28,187 bases of DNA from a virus (Duplodnaviria > Heunggongvirae > Uroviricota > Caudoviricetes): positions 1-28,187 of the IMG/VR virus record IMGVR_UViG_3300023118_000008, one strand, 5' to 3'. This document shows, piece by piece, positions 1 through 7,766 of this stretch; positions within the stretch are counted from its first letter, which is position 1, and each line of letters begins with the position of its first letter. The translations under genes were made by a program, and so were the position numbers. The notes below the pieces were generated by a model, which did no database searches, was not told where the DNA came from, and saw only the letters and a program-made list of their open reading frames with translations.

Positions 1-41
1 TTTATACTATTGTCTTTACATTCCTTTTCTTTGCAGTCCAT
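1..41 (-). CDS. 5' end of a hypothetical protein running off the left edge (MDCKEKECKDNSI...)
   Basis: ATG at 41 just after the stop of the 45..374 ORF; open to the window edge; not in the ORF track. Confidence 0.4.
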   Translation of the reverse strand, partial: MDCKEKECKDNSI

Positions 42-44
42 ACT

Positions 45-374
45 TTACCATTCTATTTTTGGTGCACATTCTCTTAGGATCTTAAATTCATCACACCAGT
101 CGCATTTATTTTCCTTGTAGTGCTTTATGCAGGCTTTTATGCCGTGTTTTTTGCACTTTTTGTTTGTCTGTCTGTTCACTTCTTCTTTTATTTCATCTTC
201 AAGACATTGGTAGAAATTTTGATAGGCTTCCATCTTGAAATAATCATTAAGAAAATCTATTTCTTCTCCTATTCTGAAATGCTTGAATTTATAATACTTT
301 TGATAGTTATCTTGAGCTGTCTTTTCTATGTCATTGGAGGAGTATTTTTTGAAACTTATCTGTCCTGCTAACAT
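45..374 (-). CDS. hypothetical protein with Cys/Lys-rich C-terminus (virion-module gene)
   Basis: 109-aa ORF, co-oriented and coupled (7-nt overlap) with 368..844. Confidence 0.7.
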   Translation of the reverse strand: MLAGQISFKKYSSNDIEKTAQDNYQKYYKFKHFRIGEEIDFLNDYFKMEAYQNFYQCLEDEIKEEVNRQTNKKCKKHGIKACIKHYKENKCDWCDEFKILRECAPKIEW

Positions 375-844
375 ATCCCTAAGTTTTTTGCCGAGCTGTA
401 CGCTTGAACTGCTTTTTGGTAATTACCCTCTTTTATGTAAGATTTTGCAACTTCTAAAAGCCATTTCAATTGAAAAACTGTTTCTTGCTCTTTTCTGCCA
501 AAATTTGAAAGTTCGTTAATCTTAATAATTTTTTTAGAAAGTTCAAATTCTAAGCTGTCTGTTTTTAGGTAATACTTGGTTTTATCTATATCCTCAAAGT
601 TACTTAAAACTTTTATTTCATATATGCCATCAGGTAAATCTCCACAGCCTAATCCTAAATCTTTTGCATTAATAGTGTTTATATTATTTTTGCGAAATGT
701 TAAGGTGGTGCATTTTTTTGATCCTGGTGGGATAATTTGTATATGGGATATCTTTTTTGAAGCATAAGACCAATCACTGTCATCATATACCGCTATAGTC
801 TTCGGAGAAGTGGGTAGTACGTAAAAATCTATATCAATCTTCAT
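368..844 (-). CDS. conserved hypothetical protein of the virion module
   Basis: 158-aa ORF with beta-rich N-terminus (LPDGIYEIKV) and helical C-terminus; synteny in the structural operon. Confidence 0.75.
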   Translation of the reverse strand: MKIDIDFYVLPTSPKTIAVYDDSDWSYASKKISHIQIIPPGSKKCTTLTFRKNNINTINAKDLGLGCGDLPDGIYEIKVLSNFEDIDKTKYYLKTDSLEFELSKKIIKINELSNFGRKEQETVFQLKWLLEVAKSYIKEGNYQKAVQAYSSAKNLGIC

Positions 845-857
845 GAGCTTTAAAGTA

Positions 858-890
858 AGAGGGAAGCTTTTACACCTCCCTCTGTTTTTT
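858..890. terminator. intrinsic terminator-like hairpin, possibly bidirectional
   Basis: Stem AGAGGGA (858-864)/TCCCTCT (877-883); followed by GTTTTTT on + and TACTTT on -. Confidence 0.55.
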
Positions 891-895
891 AATTA

Positions 896-3118
896 TTATA
901 CTGTGAAAGCCTTCTCTACTGGGATTCCTACCTTAGCCGCCAACTGATTGACTAAGACTTGCAAATCTTGGTGGAAGCCCACTTCTGCCCAAATTGTGTA
1001 ACTTGTGCCTATGTTTGAAGTGTGTCCTCCGCCTTGAGAGAATCCTCTATCCATTATTGTAATTTCAAAACCTACATACTGAGCAGAAAAGTTCAAATTA
1101 GAAGCCTCTCCCAATACCTGTCTTGCATACATATTATTCTTATGGCGGAATGTTCCCTCAAAATATACTCTTGAAGCCTCTTCCCATCCAAGCAAATGCC
1201 ATCCTAAATTATCTCTGTCTTGTGCCCAGCTTAATTGCTTGATTGCAAAAGGCTCGATGCTTACATAAGTTGACAAGTTGATTTCTTCTGCGTATCCTCC
1301 TGCAACCATAATTCTCACTGAAGTCTCATAGTAAGGGATTTGGTCTCTTGCAATATCGTCAGGTCTTTGGATGATAGGTTTTCCTGTAATCTTAATACCC
1401 ATAAGTCCTTCTGCATCTTCCACTACATCGATTCTTTTCCACTCAATTCCCTCATAAGCATTAGGAGCTTCTGACTTGAAAAGTTCTGTAAAGATTGGAT
1501 CGCAGTCTTCACATACGATATTTGTAGGTACTGTTGTTTGGTAAACTGTCTGACATCCTCCTTGAGAAGCTATCGGAGTAACTGCTCCTAAAGTTCCTGC
1601 TAAGTTAGTTGTCGCATTGGTAATTGTAATTCCTGTAACATCTGTATTTAAAGCTCTGAAAGTCAATACTGCCCCGTTTGCTGAAACTTCTACTCCTGCT
1701 GTTGCTAAAGCGGCTGAATGCGTTGTAACGAAGTTTGTAGCTGTAACTGTCAAGCTTGTTGCGAAAGTTGCCAAGTAATTAACTCCTTTCACTGAAACAT
1801 TTGCTGTTCCTGAAGTACCTGTCAAAGTAACTGTTCTGGTAGCAAAATCTGTGTTTGCTATTACAATTGATAATTGCGGATAAGCTAATTCTAATTCTGC
1901 CAATCTTGTACCTTCACAATCATCGTCTTGCAATTGAATTTGGTAAGTCTCTGTTGAAGCAAAACAGCTGTCTCCATCCACCCAAGCAAATTCTGTTTCT
2001 GTTGTATTGTTACATAAGTCTGAAACTGCGCCAACTAATTGGATTTCTGCTGTTTTTTGTATTGTCCCTGCATTTACAAAAGTATTAATCTCTCCAACTG
2101 TAAGCTCATTGTCTAAAACAACTGTATATGTTCCCATACCATCGCTGTTACCGACTTTTACTGCTGAAGAAGCAACTGCTCCTGGAAGTGCCTGAACTAA
2201 AGCTGCTGAGTTTCCACCGTCATCTTCTAAAGATACAGAGTAGATTACTCCGCCTGCTAATTCAGTGTATCCTGCTGGACAGTCCTCACATCCCTTAACA
2301 TAACCTCCAAAAGATTTTACATAATCTTCTAAAGTCACTCCTTGTGGCCTCATAATCGAGTAGATAGAATTGATACCTTCACGGTTCTTTAATACTACTG
2401 TATAATCATACTGCGCTTGGATTCTTGCCAAATCTGCTGGATATCCTTGGTCTTGTACAGTCAAGGTAGCAAATACATATTCTTGTCCTGTCAAAGCTTC
2501 AGCTGTTGAATCTACTAATTTTACAGAAGCTAAAGAAGTCAGAGGAATATTTCCTTGAATTGTATAGTTTTGAATGTTTCTGTAAAGTTCTTCAATAACT
2601 TCTTTCATTGACTGTCCTACTTCTCTTTGGATGTGGAACTTGGCTAAGTGTTTTTTAGTACCTGTAACGAATTCTAGAGCGTCCCCACAGAAAGCAATGT
2701 CTACTACTGAGTAACCTCCCTCTGGAATTGTCAGAGCCGAAGATGGATTGATTCCGTCATATCCGATAATCCAAGAATCAAATTCCTGTTTTTCATATTT
2801 TGGAGCAACTGTCTTGATAGCCTTAATATCCCCTAACCTGAAAACCTCAGATGAGTTTGGCTTGTTATTATATACGTTTGTCGGATTAGGAAGCTGAAAT
2901 TTTCCCATTCTCATTTCCAATTGGGCGTTAGGAGAAAGTGCTGAAATTAAATTTGCACTCAATACTGCCGCACCTGATTGTGTTCCAACCGTAATGGGTC
3001 TATCTTTTTGCACTAATGCAAACTGTCCTTGGGCTAATTTTGATCCTACCCCTGTTGTCTTTACTGCACCATCAATTGTAAAAAGGTGGCGAGATAATGC
3101 TGAATGAATACCTGGCAT
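896..3118 (-). CDS. abundant structural protein (auxiliary capsid/decoration-like) with an inserted Thr/Ala-rich beta module
   Basis: 740 aa, third gene after MCP as in crAss-like capsid modules; high-expression codon bias; paired Cys motifs (CEDCP, CEDCDP). Confidence 0.6.
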   Translation of the reverse strand: MPGIHSALSRHLFTIDGAVKTTGVGSKLAQGQFALVQKDRPITVGTQSGAAVLSANLISALSPNAQLEMRMGKFQLPNPTNVYNNKPNSSEVFRLGDIKAIKTVAPKYEKQEFDSWIIGYDGINPSSALTIPEGGYSVVDIAFCGDALEFVTGTKKHLAKFHIQREVGQSMKEVIEELYRNIQNYTIQGNIPLTSLASVKLVDSTAEALTGQEYVFATLTVQDQGYPADLARIQAQYDYTVVLKNREGINSIYSIMRPQGVTLEDYVKSFGGYVKGCEDCPAGYTELAGGVIYSVSLEDDGGNSAALVQALPGAVASSAVKVGNSDGMGTYTVVLDNELTVGEINTFVNAGTIQKTAEIQLVGAVSDLCNNTTETEFAWVDGDSCFASTETYQIQLQDDDCEGTRLAELELAYPQLSIVIANTDFATRTVTLTGTSGTANVSVKGVNYLATFATSLTVTATNFVTTHSAALATAGVEVSANGAVLTFRALNTDVTGITITNATTNLAGTLGAVTPIASQGGCQTVYQTTVPTNIVCEDCDPIFTELFKSEAPNAYEGIEWKRIDVVEDAEGLMGIKITGKPIIQRPDDIARDQIPYYETSVRIMVAGGYAEEINLSTYVSIEPFAIKQLSWAQDRDNLGWHLLGWEEASRVYFEGTFRHKNNMYARQVLGEASNLNFSAQYVGFEITIMDRGFSQGGGHTSNIGTSYTIWAEVGFHQDLQVLVNQLAAKVGIPVEKAFTV

Positions 3119-3140
3119 AATTTTGGTTTATTGTTTTTAT

Positions 3141-3797
3141 TTAATTTTGTAATCTGTTTAAGTCAGGATTAATCCTGTTTGAATTAGCCGATGTGTCAAA
3201 TTCCAAGACACATAGGTCGATAATTTTGTAAATTGATTTGTCGTCCCACTCTATTGTGAAGTCATCAAAATCTGATTCTGGATTGGTCTCTTGCATCAGT
3301 TTTATTTCCGAAGGGTTTCGGTAGTAGGACATTTTAACTTTTTCTATTGTGAAGTCGTCTTGGAATATCTCAACCATATCCGAGGAGAGAGAGTATAAGC
3401 TTTCTCTCCATAGGAAGTCTGGTTTTGTATCTGAGTTTCTTAAATATTCCGTGTAATTTTCGGGAGAGGTTTCATAGAGAAAAATCTTTTGGTTTTTGCA
3501 TTTTTCTTTTGTGGCGTAAGCCTCTATGTCTCCCAAGTCGAAAAAGTTTTGGGGTAGTTTGAATTTAGATGATTGGGCTGTCTTGGAACTTAATTCCAAT
3601 GGTTTTGAAATTTCTAGAAAAACTTGTGCTTCTCTTATATCATCACTCCCTTTCATTTCAAGTAATCTGCGGTAGTACACTATCTGCTGATTGTTCCATA
3701 GTATTTGAAACCTTCCTCTATCTGTAGATTTTGCATCATTTGTAAGGTTTTTTTCCGCCTTGGTCAAATATATTAGATAGATATCTTCTGGCCTCAT
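3141..3797 (-). CDS. head-tail ring/adaptor-type structural protein (crAss-like)
   Basis: 218 aa; pattern F.LP..F...//YYR.P..I typical of crAss ring proteins; position two genes after MCP. Confidence 0.6.
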   Translation of the reverse strand: MRPEDIYLIYLTKAEKNLTNDAKSTDRGRFQILWNNQQIVYYRRLLEMKGSDDIREAQVFLEISKPLELSSKTAQSSKFKLPQNFFDLGDIEAYATKEKCKNQKIFLYETSPENYTEYLRNSDTKPDFLWRESLYSLSSDMVEIFQDDFTIEKVKMSYYRNPSEIKLMQETNPESDFDDFTIEWDDKSIYKIIDLCVLEFDTSANSNRINPDLNRLQN

Positions 3798-4760
3798 TTA
3801 TTCTATATTTTCAAGTTCGTCTTGAATTGCTTTTTTAAGCTTAGAGGCTTTCTCGTCTTTTTGTATTGCCGCGTTAGCCGCCGATTTCAAGCTGTTTCCT
3901 AAAAGCAAATCTCCAAGATAATATTGACTTCTTCTATAAGTAAGCTTTTTGTTATGGTTTAGTTTGTTCAAGGCTGAAAAATATTCCATTTCAACTTTTC
4001 TATCCTTGTCATCTAACATTCCATAGGCTTCCATAAATTTCTCGCAGTTCTTTTGTCCTGTGGTCATATTGTCAAAGAAGATTGAAACTTGTGTTAATAA
4101 AGTGTCTTTATCCGTGTCTCTCGAATTTGGGAAATTAATCCATTCCAAGATTGAGTAAAGGTCATCATTTTCTTCAATTTCGTTTAGGAGGTTCATAAAG
4201 GTAAAGAATGCCTGAGCTTTGTCTTTTGCTTTTTTCTCCTTAACGTTTTGTTTTTTATTGTTGTCTACTATGCAGTATTTTGCTTTTTGGTAGAAATGGT
4301 CTTTCTCCCCTTTTTCGCAGATATGTCCTTTTTTCAAGGCTTGGAATAATTCCAAACGATGCTTGAGGTTTTTCATATCAAATACTTTACCTATGTACAA
4401 GTCCATCATAAATCCCTTATCCCCACCTTCTCCCCAAAAATCATCATTTGTAGAGTCAAGCTTTTTCTTGAATCTAGTCTCGTAAGGTTTTTGAATATAG
4501 GTAACATAGTTTTTTACTATACTTGGATCTAATCCTTCATTTGAAGCAGAATCTGTATCAAAGGATGTATCATAGCAGTCCAATTGCGAATCGTAAGGAA
4601 CTGAATGCTTTTCTCCAATGTTTGCCATAAGATATTTTGAAGTATCATATTCTGCAAAACCTTTGGGGGCGTCCATATCAGGCTTTCCTATAATTGTATA
4701 TTTGTGGTTCCCATTGACAGTAATCTCGGTGTTCGCCACTTTTAGTGTTACTTCACTCAT
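3798..4760 (-). CDS. conserved crAss-like protein encoded immediately after MCP
   Basis: 320-aa ORF; synteny; function not recognisable. Confidence 0.65.
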   Translation of the reverse strand: MSEVTLKVANTEITVNGNHKYTIIGKPDMDAPKGFAEYDTSKYLMANIGEKHSVPYDSQLDCYDTSFDTDSASNEGLDPSIVKNYVTYIQKPYETRFKKKLDSTNDDFWGEGGDKGFMMDLYIGKVFDMKNLKHRLELFQALKKGHICEKGEKDHFYQKAKYCIVDNNKKQNVKEKKAKDKAQAFFTFMNLLNEIEENDDLYSILEWINFPNSRDTDKDTLLTQVSIFFDNMTTGQKNCEKFMEAYGMLDDKDRKVEMEYFSALNKLNHNKKLTYRRSQYYLGDLLLGNSLKSAANAAIQKDEKASKLKKAIQDELENIE

Positions 4761-4788
4761 TTTGTTTTGTTTTTCTCTTTTTTCTTTA

Positions 4789-4822
4789 AAAACCTCCCTT
4801 GGTTTTCTTAGGTCAAGGGAGG
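4789..4822 (-). terminator. rho-independent terminator after the major capsid gene
   Basis: 9-bp stem CCTCCCTTG (4793-4801)/CAAGGGAGG (4814-4822) followed by TTTT on the minus strand, just after the MCP stop. Confidence 0.8.
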
Positions 4823-4837
4823 GTATGCTTATTCTAT

Positions 4838-6535
4838 TTAGTTATATCCTCTACGTGCTTCTTTTGCCAATTCAATCATTGCAAATTTAGAAGGGTCTCT
4901 CATCCAAGTAGAAGCAGAACCGTAAATGAAGAATGATTCTGTCATTGTTTTTCTTGAAGCCACAATGTCTTTTGCAGATTTAGAACTGTAACGTCCGTTT
5001 TCTGTTCCCCAAAATACCTTGTCTCCTTTTGGAACTACCAAGTGGATGTTTGCCTTGTCATTTCCTCCAATGTTGGTAACACCTGCTGGCATTCTACCGT
5101 TGTTAGAGTATGCTTGGTCTGTTACATCCCACATAAGTCCTGAATAAGTGGTGCTTGCAAATCCGTTAGCATTAGCTCCTTGGAATCTTCTGTCTTGAAG
5201 TCCTTGAGCAGCGTAATCTAATCCTTTGTCAACTGTGTGCTCTACTTGTCCAATTCCTGGCAAATAAACAGACTTAACTTTTACAGGCTTAAGAACTAAT
5301 TCTCCCCAGCTTCCTGAAACAGGACTAGAATCCATAATTCTTTGCGCTCCTAAAAGCGGTGCGATACGGTTGATCTGCTCGTTAAATTCATCTTGGTAAA
5401 TCATTTCAAAATTCTTCCCAAGTTCGGTACCTGTCTTGAATCTTAAAACTCTATCGATGACATCCATCATAGGGTTTTGCTTGAACACATAGTCAGCTAA
5501 AACTCCCAAGTGGCTTTTCTTCATCCCCATACGTTTAGGATATGTCAAGATAAAACCTCTTCTCATCTGATGCCACAATCCTTCATTGTATCTTACTGTA
5601 CCTTTTTCAGTTTTTAAAGTAAAACCTCTCTGCCACATTAAAGAGCGAGACATCAAAGTATTAAATTTTCTGATTGTCAAAACTTGCATCATTGAAGCTA
5701 CAGATTTAACTGTTCCTCTTCCTGGTACGTTTTGTTTTAGGAAAGCAATTTCCATTCCTTTTGCAGAATAGTCCTCAACATCTGAAATCAAATCTCTTGA
5801 ACTTGTTTTTCCCCAAGCCAGATCCACTTCATTTGCCTTCCCTGTGTAGAAAGTTTCAGCTCCCATTGGAGAACCAATTTGGAATTCAAAAGTCTGGTAG
5901 TTTGAACCTGCTTCTAGGTGAGCCAAAGCTAATTTTTCTCCATATTCCGCAACCCCGTGTCCTGTATCGATATAAGTAATATCAGATTTCAATAGAGAAG
6001 TATCATAAGTTTTTTCAGAATCATTTGTTCCTAAAACAACTGTATGTAAGAAACCTCCTGCTACTGCCTGAACTGGTTCTGCATCTGAGACTACAATAGT
6101 CATACCTTCATCATCAATGGCATTAGCTGTCAAAGTTGTATTAGGTGCAAACTCTTTGTTCAAGATAATTTGGAAAGTGGTTCCGTCAATACCTGCCAAA
6201 GGCTGGTCAGAAGTATCTCCTGTAGTTTTTGTTCTGTTGTCAGTTTCGATTGGCAAGTCATAGTGGAATTTTCCTTCCCACCCGTTCACTTCCAAAATTG
6301 CTCCTGAAGATAGGGCATCCTGATAAAAAGGAACTACCGATACATCTCCCTGTTCTCCAAATTGCCTGATTAGTCCTAAGTGGTTTCTCAGAGGATCTTC
6401 CTCATAGATGTCTTGTAAAGTGGAATAGTCTTGATATCCTTGTTGAGATACTAATGATCGTGCCGCATCTGCCGTTGTAAAAGCAACAGCCATATCAGAA
6501 TTTCTATTTCCTACATAATTAGTGTAAAAACTCAT
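4838..6535 (-). CDS. major capsid protein (crAss-like, HK97 fold)
   Basis: 565 aa; order terL-portal-acidic protein-this gene; strong high-expression codon bias; downstream terminator; GLWHQMRRG segment resembling crAss MCPs. Confidence 0.85.
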   Translation of the reverse strand: MSFYTNYVGNRNSDMAVAFTTADAARSLVSQQGYQDYSTLQDIYEEDPLRNHLGLIRQFGEQGDVSVVPFYQDALSSGAILEVNGWEGKFHYDLPIETDNRTKTTGDTSDQPLAGIDGTTFQIILNKEFAPNTTLTANAIDDEGMTIVVSDAEPVQAVAGGFLHTVVLGTNDSEKTYDTSLLKSDITYIDTGHGVAEYGEKLALAHLEAGSNYQTFEFQIGSPMGAETFYTGKANEVDLAWGKTSSRDLISDVEDYSAKGMEIAFLKQNVPGRGTVKSVASMMQVLTIRKFNTLMSRSLMWQRGFTLKTEKGTVRYNEGLWHQMRRGFILTYPKRMGMKKSHLGVLADYVFKQNPMMDVIDRVLRFKTGTELGKNFEMIYQDEFNEQINRIAPLLGAQRIMDSSPVSGSWGELVLKPVKVKSVYLPGIGQVEHTVDKGLDYAAQGLQDRRFQGANANGFASTTYSGLMWDVTDQAYSNNGRMPAGVTNIGGNDKANIHLVVPKGDKVFWGTENGRYSSKSAKDIVASRKTMTESFFIYGSASTWMRDPSKFAMIELAKEARRGYN

Positions 6536-6552
6536 TTGTTTTAATTTATTGT

Positions 6553-7674
6553 TTATAAGGTTTTCATGTTCTTGAAGGCAGTTTCAAAACTATCTTCTTT
6601 CTTTTCGGGGATTTTTTCCGCCGTATTTGTTCTTGCTTTTATAGACAGTATTTTTTTAAATGTTCCTACTGTTGCTTCGTTTTTTGCTTTTGTGTATTTC
6701 ACGCTTTCGTACATATCTCTGTCTGATAGTAGCATTACCACTTCAAGAAATCTTTCAGGATCTTCCTGTCTGATTTTGTAAAATAGTTTTTCTGCTTCCG
6801 AAATTCCATTCTCATCATACTTGGAGGCAACTTCAAGAGTTTTTCTTTTATCGTGCTCCTTTAAGTTGAAAGCTGTGATTTTATCTGAAAGTGTTTTTCG
6901 ATAGTCTTTTCTATCTTTTTCCACTTGTTCCCTTTGTTGGGATAGGTGTAGTTTTGTAGCTTCAAGGTGGTTGTTGTAGTTGGTTTCGATTTCGTTGATT
7001 ACCTTGTCGGCTTCCTCATCGAGAGTTCCCTCCTTTAATAGCTTTGTGATTTTTTGATTGATGTAGTCATTCTCATAACCTAAGTTCTGCATTTTGAATG
7101 CTACCAAATCAATTAAAGATTTTTCATCCCTATTTTCCTTGATTTTTAAAACTGGATTTATAAGGCTTGCCTGAGTCTGTATAAGCTGGGTCAAGTCTCC
7201 CCCTTGTTTTGCAATTTCAATAAGCTTTTCGGTGTATTGGTCTATACCATCCTTGCTTATGTAATTTTTTTCAAGCTCTGCTTTTTTTTCAGCTTCCTGA
7301 GCTTCCTTAAGTTCAAGGAAAAGTTCTTTGTCTATATGTTCAAGACTTAGAATATCTACTTCCTCTTCTTCTCCTTGCTCATTTGTTATCTTAATGGCGT
7401 AATCTTCCCAATCTCCTTTTTCGACCAAAGACTTAACGAGTTCAGAATAGTCACTTCCTTTGGGTGCTTGAACTTCCTCCTGTCTTTGTTCTTCTTTTTT
7501 TATTGGCTCAGTTTTAGGACTTTCTTCTGTCAGAGTTTCCTCTTTCTTGTCGAATAGGTCATCAACTGTTTTGATTTCACTTTCTACTTTTGGTTCTTCT
7601 TTAATAATAGGCGTTTCAACTCCTAAAAATTCTCCCAAACCTTGTAAGTCTAATAATTGCGTTCCGTCTTCCAT
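6553..7674 (-). CDS. scaffold-like acidic coiled-coil protein
   Basis: 373 aa, Glu/Lys-rich and helical, located between portal and MCP. Confidence 0.65.
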   Translation of the reverse strand: MEDGTQLLDLQGLGEFLGVETPIIKEEPKVESEIKTVDDLFDKKEETLTEESPKTEPIKKEEQRQEEVQAPKGSDYSELVKSLVEKGDWEDYAIKITNEQGEEEEVDILSLEHIDKELFLELKEAQEAEKKAELEKNYISKDGIDQYTEKLIEIAKQGGDLTQLIQTQASLINPVLKIKENRDEKSLIDLVAFKMQNLGYENDYINQKITKLLKEGTLDEEADKVINEIETNYNNHLEATKLHLSQQREQVEKDRKDYRKTLSDKITAFNLKEHDKRKTLEVASKYDENGISEAEKLFYKIRQEDPERFLEVVMLLSDRDMYESVKYTKAKNEATVGTFKKILSIKARTNTAEKIPEKKEDSFETAFKNMKTL

Positions 7675-7691
7675 TTTTCTTGAATGCTCTG

Positions 7692-7722
7692 CAAAGCTAA
7701 GAATGTTATTTCACTCTGCAAA
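7692..7722 (-). promoter_or_regulatory. Bacteroidota sigma70 promoter for scaffold/MCP operon
   Basis: Minus strand TTTG (7722-7719)-N19-TAGCTTTG (7699-7692), matching the -33/-7 consensus. Confidence 0.8.
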
Positions 7723-7766
7723 ATCTATAAATTGATTAGTAATTAGTTTATTTATTATTAATATAT

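Noticed and set aside
7686-7725. Repeated CTCTGCAAA motif as a phage-specific late promoter or operator
   Set aside because: Explained by the -7 and -33 TTTG boxes of one host-type promoter
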